Source: Euglena gracilis (taxonomy: Eukaryota). From it: DNA of 64,000 nt. Below, one piece after another: positions 35,561-59,070 of this stretch. The notes under the pieces were generated by a model. The model was not told the origin of the DNA. It saw only the letters and a program-made list of their open reading frames with translations, and made no database searches. The position numbers were made by a program, and so were the translations under genes. Where the stretch lies: NCBI GenBank assembly GCA_039621445.1, contig CP154954.1:2046001-2110000 (forward strand), read 5' to 3'. Every line of letters starts with the position of its first letter. Position 1 is the stretch's first letter.

Positions 35561-38500
35561 CAGAGAGACCCAAATTGATGTATTTCGTTTTTGGTCTGAT
35601 TTTCTTTGGTCTTTCAAGCTTTGCTGAAATTTCAGAACAAATTGGTGATGGAAATCATAATGAGAGAAAACGAGAGAAAACAACCAAAAAAAATATTAAA
35701 TGTTTTATCCTTACATATGGTGCTGGACTGATACATTCTCTGGCTTTGTGTCCAAAGAAGAATTCCGGTTTCCTTCCACAATATCCTCACCCCGGCCGGT
35801 TCCCAGGCCGCAATTTTCTCTGCATTTGAGGGGGTTTTCGTGATGCCAAAACCAACGTGAAGAAAATGGTTTGTTTTCCTTTAGACCTAGAAACTATAAA
35901 CATGGTCTTCGATGTAATTGACAACTCGTACAATGTAAATCAAATGTGTGCCAAAAAGGATACGAGGCTTTTTTATTTAGCTTCTTCCTAATTTTCCTGC
36001 TTTTTTGCATGCCTTTTGGTTTCTTTTCATGAAAAAAATAAATATGATAAATGATGTTGTAAGGAATTACAAAATGACAAATTAAGTTGTATCATTTTAA
36101 GCCCAGGGTTTAACATACCCTAAACGGGTAGACCCCCCTCCTGAGCCTGGCTAGGCACCCAGGAACCACACAGAGGTTATTTTTTGTCCTTCGGCACTTT
36201 TTTGTTATAATATTTTACAACGATTTTTTTTGGATTCTTGATGCACTTCTGCACAAAAAGGAAATTTTTGGCCTAATTTTTCGACTTTTTGACCTAAAAA
36301 TGGCAAAAAAAAAAAAAAACGGCAAAGTCAAAACAAGCCAACACTGTACAAAATGGCCCAAAATTGGCCAAAAAGTAGCCGTAACTCAGGGTAGGCGGGG
36401 AGTTGCGGGGAAATCAAAATACTGTTAAACGAAGCAATTTAAAGGCTTCAATTTGGGTCTCATGACATTTACTTTGATTCCCCACCAATTTTGAGAAACT
36501 TTAAATTTATTTTTTGACCCAAGACAAGGCGGGTTCGACACCAGGCAAAAAGTGAAAAACTCAATCAAATAATTTGGGTCAATAGCAAATGGAACAACAA
36601 GAACGCAGATACCGGGAAAGAACCCCCCACCAACAGCGGCGAACTGCCTACAGCAAAGCCCCAGTGTCAGATCAGCCAAGACACTACAACCCTGTTCCCA
36701 CCCCATTTTCCTTCATAGTTTCTCCGTGATTCCGAAAACAGCCATGCCGCGCTGTTTTGGGCCATAAATTGGCCATATTTTGGGCCAGGCGGGGAGTTGC
36801 GGGGAAATCAAAACACAATTAGATAGAGCATCGTAAGGGCTCGTAAGGGCCTCAATTTAGGTCTCAACGTGGTTTTTTGACCCCCCAAAAAACAGCCCAA
36901 AATGGCCCAAAAATGGGCCAAAATGGGCCAAAAAATGGCCGTAACTCGGGCTACACGAAGAGTCGAGGGAAAAGAAAACCATGGTTGGGTACAGCGTTCC
37001 AAAGGCTTCATTTTTGCTCTCCGGACATTCTTTTATTTTACTTCATTGTCGAGATATTTGAAAAAAATCGATTTTTTTTGACCCAGAAACAGCCCAAAGA
37101 AAACACTGCAAAATGCCCGTTCTGAGTTGCAAAAGCGCGCCGGAACACGGGCCAGGCGTGTCGGCAGCCAAAACGGTGATTATGGGGCGGTGATAGAGGG
37201 CCTCCGGGGGTGCATTTCGTCAGACCGACATTTCTGGAAAAATTGTACGTTTTCTGAGATATTTTGGACCCCAGTGAAATGGCAGAGTCGGAAGAGGGGG
37301 CGGGCCAGTCCTACCCAGTGAATAACTCAGGCCTGGCAGGGAGTTGCAGGTCAAACGGAGGTGATTCGGAAACTGAGATCCAGTCGCTCGCAACTGGAAA
37401 AAAAATTCGGGACCCGGGTCATGGTGATAATTTGCCGGTTCTCCTGGTGGCCCCGACCCGGGGGGGGGACGACCCCCCTTTTCCGCAGTGGAAAGGTTCG
37501 CTCTTACACATAAAAGGATAAGAGCTCAGCGACCCCCCCCATACCTCCCATAAACCGTTTCCTGGTTTCTTTTTCAGTAAACCGTGGGAGTCGTGATAAT
37601 CAAAAAATGCGGGAATGCTGTGGACCCACCCCCACATCCCCCCATTGAAAATGCCAAATATTAGTAAAAATCGCAACTAACCAGAATTCCTGTTTTGATT
37701 ACCAAATACAGAGAGACCCAAATTGATGTATTTCGTTTTTGGTCTGATTTTCTTTGGTCTTTCAAGCTTTGCTGAATTTCAGAACAAATTGGTGATGGAA
37801 ATCATAATTAGATAAAACGAGAGAAAACAACAAAAAAAAATATTATCTATCTTTAAAATTTCCTGATCATTCCTCACAATCTTCTGAGAAGAATTCCGGC
37901 CTTCACAATTTTTCGCCAACATGGTCTTTGATTTTGATGCCAAACCAATGTACTGAAAAGTAAAAATGGTTTTTTTTTCCTTCATATTTCTGGTATCTGA
38001 TACATTCTCTGTGTGCCAAAAAGGATACGGTTTTTATCTTTTTGAATTTCTCTGCATTTGATTTTCGTGGAAAAATGAAAAAATGGTTTGCCTTTAGACC
38101 TGAAAAAAACATTTAAGTTCGTAAACATCAACGGGTAGCAACAATCCCCAGGAACACACAGAGGTTATGTTTTCTTCTCGGTTTTTTTTTCTTTTTTTTT
38201 TTTTCTTGATGCACTTCAAAAATCAATTTTTGGCCAATTTTCGACTTTTGATATGGCCAAAAAAAAAATCAAAACAAGCCAAAACTGTACAAAATGGCCC
38301 AAAATTGGCCAAAAAGTAGCCGTAACTCAGGGTAGGCGGGGAGTTGCGGGGAAATCAAAATACTGTTAAACGAAGCAATTTAAAGGCTTCAATTTGGGTC
38401 TCATGACATTTAATTTGATTCCTCACACAATTTGAGAAACATTAAATATATTTTTGACCCAAGACAAGGCGGGTTCGACACCAGGCAAAAAGTGAAAAAC

Positions 38501-40600
38501 TCAATCAAATAATTTGGGTCAATAGCAAATGGAACAACAAGAACGCAGATACCGGGAAAGAACCCCCCACCAACAGCGGCGAACTGCCTACAGCAAAGCC
38601 CCAGTGTCAGATCAGCCAAGACACTACAACCCTGTTCCCACCCCATTTTCCTTCATAGTTTCTCCGTGATTCCGAAAACAGCCATGCCGCGCTGTTTTGG
38701 GCCATAAATTGGCCATATTTTGGGCCAGGCGGGGAGTTGCGGGGAAATCAAAACACAATTAGATAGAGCATCGTAAGGGCTCGTAAGGGCCTCAATTTAG
38801 GTCTCAACGTGGTTTTTTGACCCCCCAAAAAACAGCCCAAAATGGCCCAAAAATGGGCCAAAATGGGCCAAAAAATGGCCGTAACTCGGGCTACACGAAG
38901 AGTCGAGGGAAAAGAAAACCATGGTTGGGTACAGCGTTCCAAAGGCTTCATTTTTGCTCTCCGGACATTCTTTTATTTTACTTCATTGTCGAGATATTTG
39001 AAAAAAATCGATTTTTTTGACCCAGAAACAGCCCAAAAAAAACACTGCAAAATGCCCGTTCTGAGTTGCAAAAGCGCGCCGGAACACGGGCCAGGCGTGT
39101 CGGCAGCCAAAACGGTGATTATGGGGCGGTGATAGAGGGCCTCCGGGGGTGCATTTCGTCAGACCGACATTTCTGGAAAAATTGTACGTTTTCTGAGATA
39201 TTTTGGACCCCAGTGAAATGGCAGAGTCGGAAGAGGGGGCGGGCCAGTCCTACCCAGTGAATAACTCAGGCCTGGCAGGGAGTTGCAGGTCAAACGGAGG
39301 TGATTCGGAAACTGAGATCCAGTCGCTCGCAACTGGAAAAAAAATTCGGGACCCGGGTCATGGTGATAATTTGCCGGTTCTCCTGGTGGCCCCGACCCGG
39401 GGGGGGACGACCCCCCTTTTCCGCAGTGGAAAGGTTCGCTCTTACACATAAAAGGATAAGAGCTCAGCGACCCCCCCCCCACCTCCCATAAACCGTTTCC
39501 TGGTTTCTTTTTCAGTAAACCGTGGGAGTCGTGATAATCAAAAAATGCGGGAATGCTGTGGACCCACCCCCACATCCCCCCATTGAAAATGCCAAATATT
39601 AGTAAAAATCGCAACTAACCAGAATTCCTGTTTTGATTACCAAATACAGAGAGACCCAAATTGATGTATTTCGTTTTTGGTCTGATTTTCTTTGGTCTTT
39701 CAAGCTTTGCTGAATTTCAGAACAAATTGGTGATGGAAATCATAATGAGAGAAAACGAGAGAAAACAACCAAAAAAAATATTGTTTTATCCTTACATATG
39801 GTGCTACACTGATACATTCTCTGGCTTTTTGTCCATAGAAGATTTCCGTTTTCCTTCCATAATATCCTCACCCCGGCCGGTTCCCGGGCCGCAATTTTTT
39901 CTGCATTTGAGGGGGTTTTCGTGATGCCAAAACCAACGTGAAGAAAATGGTTTGTTTTCCTTTAGACCTAGAAACTATAAACATGGTCTTCGATGTAATT
40001 GACAACTCGTACAATGTAAATCAAATTTGTGCCAAAAAGGATACGAGGCGTTTTTTATTTAGCCTTCCAAAATCAAACCCCTGTTTCCAAAATTGTAGCC
40101 CAGGGCTTTTCATGAAAAAATAAATATGATAAATATGTTGTAAGGAATTACAAAATGACAATTAAGTTGTACAGTAAGACCGGGTTTTAACACCCTCGGG
40201 TAACCCCCCTCCTGAGCCTGTAGGCACCCAGGAACCCCCACACCAGAGGTTATTTTTTTTCCTTCGGCGCCTTTTGTGTCATAACATTTTGCAACGATTT
40301 TTTTTGGATTCTGATGCCATTGTTTCTGCCCAAAAATTTGGCCTAATTTTTCGACTTTTTGACCAAATCAAAAACAGCAATCAAAACAAGCCAACTGTAC
40401 AAAATGGCCCAAAATGGCCAAAAAGGCCGTAACTCGGGTAGGCGGGGGAGTCGGGGAAAAGAAAACCATGGTTGGTACAGCAATTTAAAGGCTTCATTCT
40501 TTGCTCTCCGGACATTTACTTTGATTTCCCCAGATATTTGAAAACGATTTTTTTTGACCCAACACTGGCCGTTTGCAAAACACAGGCAAAAACTCAAGCC
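35561..40600 (+). repeat. Tandem array of ~2.15-kb units (left arm; units 2 and 3 degraded)
   Basis: Units start at CAGAGAGACCCAAATTG (~35560, ~37710, ~39647). Confidence 0.85.
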
Positions 40601-41612
40601 AAAAATGCGGTGCTGATGGAATTGTAATCACCATATCTCAGGCTTGGCGGCACTCAAAAATGTTATTGGCATTTTAAGGTTTCAATATGGAATATCCGGA
40701 CATCTCGGTTTTTCTGTTCATTTCGAGATATTTTGGCATTTTCAATCGGGGGGCCCAGGAAAAACGTCCAACCGGGACTGTTCAAACATTTTTTTTTTCG
40801 TCCAAACGGGATGGACGAGAATGGTAGATTGGGGGGTTGCAGCACTGTTGGTCGCAAACACCCGAGCCTGGGATGGGGGGACGACCCCCTTTTCCGCAGT
40901 GGGGTTCGCTCAAATTCAGCGACCCCCCCCCATCCCTCCCCGTAATTCCTACTTGGCCCGAGGAATCACTGTATTTGATAGCCACAAAATCGCAAATGCC
41001 AACATTTTAAAAATGAAGCAAAATCCATCAAATTCAGCAAAAGTGCTTGATGAACTTAAAACGGCCTTTACACTGAAACCAAAACACAATTAGACAGGGC
41101 AGTTTAGGAGCTGCTTTTGATCTTGAAAATTTATTCATTTTGCTTCATTTTAGAGATATTCTCAAATTTCAAAAAAAAACAAAAATGAGGCAGCAAAATT
41201 TGGGTGTAACTTTGGTCAGCTGCGAAACTTCCAAAGAATGTGCACACACGGCGTTTACACGGGCTTGATTTTTTTGTTGGTCCCTTTGGGCAGCTGGCCT
41301 TCCTTGGGCCTGATAGCACAAAAAGCAAGCACTCAGGACACAATTAACCATCAGATAAACCCCCCACTCCACGCCGCATGAAGCTCTGCCCGGACGAGAC
41401 GGGCGGGGTACAAACATCCAGGGAGGGGGGTGGGGGGAGACGCTGCCGTGACTGGGAACCAATGGCCGAGACCCAGCGAGAAACACAACTGTACCGAGCG
41501 ATTCACAAACCCCTTGGGCCGACGGGGGGGTTCCTGGCGGGGGTTCCGTTTCACAGCACCGTCCCATCGTGTGGAGAGAAACACACAATGGGACGTGACG
41601 GGAGGGGGCATA

Positions 41613-51217
<9,605 letters not shown>

Positions 51218-51318
51218 GGGGCCAGCCCTCCGCTTCTCACCCCCACGGGGCGGCCGGTGAGGGTGGTTGGAGGCCTTGCCGGCCGGCCGCTGCCAAGGCA
51301 GAGGGGAGGAGCCGGGTG

Positions 51319-51676
51319 CAGGCTTTTGCTTAAGGGATTGCAGTACCCCCCCGGGGGGGGGGGGCTGGACTACAGCTAGTCCAAATTGCCTAGTGGTATT
51401 TCTAGCAGACGGGGTTCTGTTAGGGCTAGCTAGTGGAAAAAATTTTCCTGTGACCGACGCGGACCCCCAAAAATGGCTAAAAATGCCCGTTGGGAATTTT
51501 TGTAACGAAATCAGCCAAAAACCTACTCAAAACCTCATTTTTCCAGTTCGGGGACCCCCCGGAAACCCCCCACCCCCGGGGGTGGAAGTGGGTCTAGTTA
51601 GTCCACTTTTTTCCAGTGTCTAGCCGATTGGCTAGTCAGTACCCCCCCCTTCCGGGGGTCCTTAAGCAAAAGCCTG
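51319..51676. mobile_element. Mirror copy of the 49281-49637 MITE
   Basis: Same TIRs; flanks GCCGGGTG/GCCGGCAG. Confidence 0.9.
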
Positions 51677-51805
51677 GCCGGCAGGGAGTGGGGGCTGCCG
51701 AGGGCCCGGCCCATCCGCTGGAGGGGAGGGCTGGCAGGAAGCGGACCACACATAGCTGGTGTTGCACTGTGGGGGTGGGGGTTGGGGAAGCGAAGGGGTG
51801 GCCCC

Positions 51806-54400
51806 GGCGCTGCGGACCAACGCCGCGTTGCAGAAGGTGAACCTCAGATGTATGGCCCCTCTCTGCGGTTCCTGTCACACACGTTGGTGTATTGGTGTGA
51901 CGGGGAGGTGCCGTAGCAAAACCGTTTGTGTTAAAATGGTATCGATCATATTTTCCACCACCTGCCATTGTGGGGTGGGGTGACAATGTGGTACCGTCGG
52001 ATTCCAGCCAGCAGCATTGGGGGGGGGGGGCTGATCCATGTCATGTCTTAGGACATGGAACAGTGCAATGCCTGTGGTGGTTTGTCGCACCAAACTCACA
52101 ATGTTCTGTTTATTGTTAATCTGCACTGAAAGGGGTATTTGTCCCCACATTTCTAGCAAAGCACCTGCTGAATTGCACAAAGCACTGTGAGCGAAGTGAC
52201 TCGTGTGTGACACAACACCTTCCCATCAAAGCGAGGAGATGAACCCTACAGCACCTCGGAGGTGTATTTTGGTTACGAAAGGATCATTTTTTTTACTGCA
52301 ACAAACATTGCAGATGAATACTTTGGGTTTTCTTGAGCCGGAGGTGACCCTACCCGAGGGGGGGTCCAGACTGCCAGTAACTTTTTTCCAGTCATCACCT
52401 CCCAGCTGGGCTGGGATCCACACCCTGTTGTGGGTCCGTTGGGATACAGTTTAGGCCAAGCCAGCGAAGCCGGGCAGTTACCGATAATGTTTTCAGCGCA
52501 AAGCCACAAAATTTTGGAGAAAAGGGTCAAAAATGGCCAAAAATGTATTTTTTAGGTGCTTTTTGAGTTTTCACCTCCTGATTTTGCTTAAAAATGGCAA
52601 CGCGGCTCGATTTAGGTTTTTTGGGGGGGACTTCTTGGGTACCTGTCCCCCCAGCCAGCAACTTTTTCCAGCTGGCCCGCAGTTTTTGTCTGTTTTTGCT
52701 TATTTCCACCTTAGAGCCTGTGGCTACCGTGACCCACAGTTCGTTCCCGTGTTCTTTGTCACTTCCCTTCTTCCCCTTGCCCTGCGCAGGGAACTCCATC
52801 GGGTCGGAGGGCGCCAAAGCGTTGGCGGAGGCCAGGGCTGCGCTTCTGAACGGGGGAAGGTTGCCACACACCCGGGGGTAGGGGAAGTGTTGGGGCGGTG
52901 GGGGAAGGGTCAGCGTTGGGGATGGGACTGCCGCGTCAGGGGCACCAAACCACACACCCCACCCTCCCCAAGGTGTGGGGGTGTGGGGGGTGTGGGGGTG
53001 AGAAGCGGAGGGCTGGCCCCGGCTCTCCGGACTAACGCCACGCTGCGGGAGGTGAACCTCCTTGGTATGCCCCCTCCCCTCCCCTCCCGTACCGTTCCGT
53101 GGGGTGTTTCTCTCCACCGCGATGGGCCGGTGCTGTGAAAAGGAACCACCGCCACAAACCCCCCGTCGCCCATGGTCGCTGCTAGCTGATGCCCGCTGAA
53201 TCGCTCGGTGCGGTTGGGTTGTTCTCGCTGGGTCTCGGCCATTGGTCCCCAGTCACGGCACGCGTCACCCCCCACCCCACTCCCTGAGTGTGGTGCCCCC
53301 GCCCGTCTCGTCCGGGCGGTGCGTCGTGTGGCGTGGAGTGGGGGGTTTCTCTTGATGGTTAATTGTGTCCTGAGTGTTTGCGGCACACGGCACATACGGC
53401 ACATGTGTTTCTCGGAAGTTCCGCAGCTGACCAAAGTTACACCCAAATTCTGCTGCCTCATTTTTGATTTGTTTTTTGAAATTTCAGAATAACTCTAAAA
53501 TGAAGCAAAATGAATAAATTTGTCAACATCAAAAGCCGCCTTTAACCTGCCCTGTCTAACCATATTTTCGTTTCAGTGTAAAGCTGTAAATAAGTTCATC
53601 AAGCACTTTTGTTGTATTTTGCTTCATTTTTGAAATCGGTGGCATTTCGCGCTTTTGCAGCTTAAATACAGTGATTCCTCGGGCCAGGTAAGGAATTACG
53701 GGAGCCCTCATGGAACGCAATTTTTATTTTCCACCCATCCCAAGCTCTGGCGTGTTTGCGACACCAAACAGTGCTGCAAGCCCCCCACTCTACCATTCTC
53801 GTCCATCCCGTCTTTGGGCCGACAGAAACTGTTTTGTGCAGTCCAGTTTGGGACGTTTTTTCTGGGCCCCAAAATTGCGAAATACCAAATATCTCGAAAA
53901 TGAAGCAGAATCAAACAGAATGTCCAGATATCTAAATTGAAACCTTAAGAATGCCCAATTAAAACTTTTTTATTGCCGCCAAGCCTGAGAAATGGCTGAT
54001 TTACACTCCCAATCAGCATTGCAGGCTTGTCTGGGCTGTGATGGGCCGCTGGGCCGGGCCGGGTATGTTGCTGTTCATCACAAAGAGCTCAGCACCAAAG
54101 AAAACGTGGCAATTCCAGACCCCCCCTCCAACGCACCACTCAGGGCCAACCCAAAAAAGGTCGACAATTTGCGCCTTTGCGATTTTTAAGCAATTTTTCC
54201 GAATTTTCACCCAAACAATGCCGAAAATTAATATTTTTCACCGATTTTTGGTTGGCAAATTCTTTTCAACGCTCTGCACTGCCCAAAGAGTCACCCGGAC
54301 CACGAGAGGGGAAGGGTGACTCTTAGGCACCCCCTGCATTCCAATAAAAAAAACGGTGTTTTTTCTTAGGGTTTCAAGGCATGCCTGCTGCTGCCCAAAG

Positions 54401-54465
<65 letters not shown>

Positions 54466-57400
54466 GCGCGCGCGCGCGGATGCGCAAAGAGCACGGATGC
54501 CCGAACACGCAAAGAGGCAGTTCGCGGTTGTTAATATCGCAGATGAAACCCCTTTTTGTTTTCTTGAGTCGGAGGTGACCCTACACGGGGGGGGGGGGGT
54601 CCAGACTGCGCTGTAATTACACCAGAGTTACTCACCCGGCCAGGGGGAGCAACAAAAGAGCACTGGTGTAAGGGGTCCTTGGCCACTTACCACACAGCAA
54701 ACTGGGCCAGAAACGAAGATAGTGCCGGCCATAAACAGACAAGAAGCCTTAGTGCAACAAAGGGGGGTTCCAGACTGCCAGCAACTTTTTCCAGCATGCA
54801 CTTCCCAGCTGGGCTGGGATCCACACCCTGTGGTGGGTCCGCTGAAATAAAATTTGGGCCAAACCAGCGAAGCCAGGCAGTAACGATAACGTTTCGGCGC
54901 AAAGCCTCAAAATTTTTGGAGACATGGGTCAAAAGTAGCCTAAAAAGTGGTTTTCCAGGTGCTTTTTGAGTTTTTACCTCCTGATTTTGAGGGGAAAAAT
55001 GGCAACGCATCTCGATTTTTGCTTTTGGGGGGTACATCTTGGGTACCTGCCGGATGCTCAACCTCACAGGACCCGGGGGGTGATTCAGCCTGCACTTTTC
55101 TTCCCCCCAGCCAGCAACTTTTTCCAGGTGGCCCACAGTATTTTTATTTCTTTTTGGCTTATTTCCACCTTAGAGCCTGTGGCTACCGTGACCCACAGTT
55201 CGTTCCCGTGTTCTTTGTCACTTCCCTTCTTCCTCTTGCCCTGCGCAGGCAACGCCATCGGGCCGGAGGGCGCCAAAGCGTTGGCGGAGGCCAGGGCTGC
55301 GCTTCTGAATGGGGGAAGGTTGCCACACACCCGGGGGTAGGGGAAGTGTTGGGGCGGTGGGGGAATGGTCAGCGTTGGGGATGGGGCTGCCGCGTCAGGG
55401 GCACCAAACCACACACCCAACCCTCCCCAAGGTGTGTGGGGGTGTGGGGTGTGGGGGTGAGAAGCGGAGGGCTGGCCCCGGCTCTCCGGACTAACGCCAC
55501 GCTGCAGGAGGTGGACCTCGGCTGTATGCCCCCTCCCCTCCCGTCCCGTTCCGTGGGGTGTTTCTCTCCACCGCGATGGGCCAGTGCTGTGAAAAGGAAC
55601 CGCCGCCACAAACCCCCCGTCGGCCCAAGGGCTGTGTGAATCGCTCGGCGTGGTTGGGTTGTTGTCGCTGGGTCTCGGCCATTGGTCCCCAGTCACGGCA
55701 CGCGTCACCCCCCACCCCACTCACCTGGGTGTGGTGCCCCCGCCCGTCTCGTCCGGGCGGTGCTTCATGCGGCGTGGAGTGGGGGGTTTCTCTTGATGGT
55801 TAATTGTGTCCTGAGTGCTTGCGGTGTACTGGGGGATCAGGCCCAAGGATTAGCCGAGCTATGTAGCTGACCAAAGTTACACCCAAATTTTGCTGCCTCA
55901 TTTTTGATATGTTTTTTTTGAAATTTGAAAATATATCTGAAATTCAGCAAAATGAGTAGATTTTCAACATCAAAAGCAGCCTTTAAACTGCCCTGTCTAA
56001 CCATATTTTGGTTTCAGTGTAAAGCCGTAATTAAATTCATCAAGCATTTTTGCTGGAATTTGATGTATTTTGCTTCATTTTTGAAATTGTTGGCATTTCG
56101 CTATTTTGCGGCTTAAATACAGTGATTACTCGGGCCAGGTGAGGAATTATGGGAGCCCTCATGGGACGCAGTTTTTATTCTCCCCCGCTTCCTGCGGTCC
56201 CGCCCATCCCAAGCTCTGGCGTGTTTGCGACACCAAACAGTGCTGCAAGCTCCCCACTCTACCAGTCTCGTCCATCCAGTCTTTGGGCCGACAAAAACTG
56301 TTTTGTGCAGTCTAGTTTGGGACGTTTTTTCCTTGGTCCCATCATTACAAAATGCCGAATAACTCGGAAATTAAGCAGAATCAAGCAGAATGTCCGGATA
56401 TCCAAATTGGAACCTTAAAGATGCCCAACTAAACTGTTTTTTATTGCCCCTTTCCCCTCCCTCTGCCACCTGCTGTCCGGCACGTAGGCACCGGCATTGG
56501 GGACGAGGGGACCGTAGCGTTGGCGGTGGCCAGGCCTGCGCTTCAGCGATGTCATCCCCCTCCCCTGGGGGTGTCGGGGTGGATGGGGCACAGGAAGGCC
56601 TGGGCGGCCGGTGAGGGGCGGGTGGAGGCGGTGCCGGCCGGCCGCTGCCAAGGCAGAGGGGAGGGGCCGGGTGGGAGTGGGGGCTGCCGAGGGCCCGGCC
56701 CATCCGCTGGAGAGAAGGGCTATCAGTAAGCAGACCCCCCATGGCTGGTGTGGCACTGTGGGGTGGGGGTGGGTTGGGGAAGCGAAGGGGTGGCCCCGGC
56801 GCTGCGGACCAACTCCGCGTTGCAGAAGGTGGACCTCCACTGTATGTCCCCTCTCACGTTGGTGCATTGACGTGACGGGGAGGTGCCGTTGCAAAACAGT
56901 TTGTGTTGAAATGGTATCGATCCTATTTTCCACCACCTGCCATTGTGGGGTGGGGATCCAATGTGGTACCGTCGGATTCCAGCCAGCAGGATTGAGGGGG
57001 GGGGGAGGCTGATCCATGTTTGAGGACATGGAACATTGCAATGCCTGTGGTAGTTTATCGCACCAAACCCTCCCTATCCCGTTTTTTTTTGTTTCATTGT
57101 GCTGAAAGGGGTATTTGTCCCCACATTTTCAGCAAAGCACCTGCTGAATTGCACAAAGCACTGTGAGCGAAGTGACTCGTGTGTGACACAACACCCTCCC
57201 ATCAAAGCGAGGAGATGAAGCCTGCAGAACCTCGGAGGTGTATTTTGGTTACGAAAGGATCATTTTTTTTACTGCAACAAACATTGCAGATGAATACTTT
57301 GGGTTTTCTTGAGCCGGAGGTGACCCTACCCGAGGGGGGGTCCAGACTGCCAGTAACTTTTTTCCAGTCATCACCTCCCAGCTGGGCTGGGATCCACACC

Positions 57401-58037
57401 CTGTTGTGGGTCCGTTGGGATACAGTTTAGGCCAAGCCAGCGAAGCCGGGCAGTTACCGATAATGTTTTCAGCGCAAAGCCACAAAATTTTGGAGAAAAG
57501 GGTCAAAAATGGCCAAAAAGTGTTTTTTAGGTGCTTTTTGAGTTTTCACCTCCTGATTTTGCTTAAAAATGGCAACGCGGCTCGATTTAGGTTTTTTTGG
57601 GGGGACTTCTTGGGTACCTGTCCCCCCAGCCAGCAACTTTTTCCAGCTGGCCCGCAGTTTTTGTCTGTTTTTGCTTATTTCCACCTTAGAGCCTGTGGCT
57701 ACCGTGACCCACAGTTCGTTCCCGTGTTCTTTGTCCCTTCCCTTCTTCCCCTTGCCCTGCGCAGGGAACTCCATCGGGTCGGAGGGCGCCAAAGCGTTGG
57801 CGCAGGCCAGGGCTACGCTTCTGAACGGGGGAAGGTTGCCACACACCCGGGGGTAGGGGAAGTGTTGGGGTGGTGGGGGAAGGGTCAGCGTTGGGGATGG
57901 GACTGCCGCGTCAGGGGCACCAAACCACACACACCACCCTCCCCAAGGTGTGGGGGTGTGGGGTGTGGGGGTGAGAGGCGGAGGGCTGGCCCCGGCTCTC
58001 CGGACTAACGCCACGCTGCGGGAGGTGAACCTCAGCC
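51806..58037 (+). CDS. RI-like LRR protein (partial; right arm). Exons 51806-51849, 52790-52829, 53021-53064, 55249-55288, 55480-55523, 56488-56527, 56798-56841, 57765-57804, 57994-58037
   Basis: ALRTNAALQKVNLRWNSIGSEGAKALAE ALRTNATLREVNLLGNAIGPEGAKALAE ALRTNATLQEVDLGCTGIGDEGTVALAV ALRTNSALQKVDLHWNSIGSEGAKALAQ ALRTNATLREVNLS; open frame across all junctions. Confidence 0.92.
52830..53020 (+). other. Nonconventional intron
   Basis: A|GGCCAGGGCTGCGCTTC...GAAGCGGAGGGCTGGCCCC|G; CAG at +4, CTG at -8, terminal stem; no GT-AG. Confidence 0.88.
55289..55479 (+). other. Nonconventional intron
   Basis: Same termini as 52830-53020. Confidence 0.88.
56528..56797 (+). other. Nonconventional intron (GTG variant at -8)
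   Basis: T|GGCCAGGCCTGCGCTTC...GAAGCGAAGGGGTGGCCCC|G. Confidence 0.8.
57805..57993 (+). other. Nonconventional intron
   Basis: A|GGCCAGGGCTACGCTTC...GAGGCGGAGGGCTGGCCCC|G. Confidence 0.88.
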
Positions 58038-59070
58038 GTATGCCCCCTCCCGTCACGTCCCATTGTGTGGGGTGTTTCTCTCCACCACGATGGGACGGTG
58101 CTGTGAAACGGAACCCCCGCCAGGAACCCCCCCGTCGGCCCAAGGGGTTTGTGAATCGCTCGGTACAGTTGTGTTATTCTCGCTGGGTCTCGGCCATTGG
58201 TTCCCAGTCACGGCACGCGTCTCCCCCCACCCCCCTCCCTGGATGTTTGTACCCCCGCCCGTCTCGTCCGGGCAGAGCTTCATGCGGCGTGGAGTGGGGG
58301 GTTTATCTTGATGGTTAATTGTGTCCTGAGTGCTTGCGGTGTGCTGGGGGATCAGGCCCAAGGATAGGCCGAGCTGCCCAAAGGGACCAACAAAAAAAAT
58401 CAAGCCCGTGTAAACGCCGTGTGCACATGTCTTTCTCGGAAGTTTCGCAGCTGACCAAAGTTACACCCAAATTTTGCTGCCTCATTTTTGGTTTTTTTTT
58501 GAAATTTGAGAATATCTCTAAAATGAAGCAAAATGAATAAAATTTTCAAGATCAAAAGCAGCTCCTAAACTGCCCTGTCTAATTGTGTTTTGGTTTCAGT
58601 GTAAAGGCCGTATTTAAGTTCATCAAGCACTTTTGCTGGAATTTGATGGATTTTGCTTCATTTTTAAAATTGTTGGCATTTCGCGATTTTGTGGCTTAAA
58701 TACAGTGATTCCTCGGGCCAAGTAGGGAATTACGGGAGCCCGCATGGAACTGAATTTCCCCCCCCCCACTTCCTGCGGTCCCGCCCATCCCAGGCTCTGG
58801 CGTGTTTGCGACACCAAACAGTGCTGCAAGCCCCCCAATCTACCATTCTCGTCCATCCCGTCTTTGGACCAAAAAAAATGTTTTGAACAGTCCAGTTTGG
58901 GACGTTTTTCCTGGGCCCCAAAATTTGAAAATGCCAAATATCTCGAAAATGAAGCAGAATCAAGCAGAATGTCCGGATATCCATATTGAAACCTTAAGAA
59001 TGCCCAATTGAACAGTTTTTGAGTGCCGCCAAGCCTGAGATATGGCTGATTTACAATTCCAATCAGCACC

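Noticed and set aside
36104-36694. Possible CAGGGTT...AACCCTG MITE inside the tandem unit
   Set aside because: Only a 7-bp TIR and flanks match 4/8, which is insufficient
36425-39614. Recurring short ORFs in the 2.15-kb units
   Set aside because: Recurrence reflects DNA duplication; homopolymer indels break frames between copies; no domain recognised
52830-53020. GC-AG interpretation of the short LRR introns
   Set aside because: No AG or pyrimidine tract at the 3' boundary; paired CAG/CTG ends fit better
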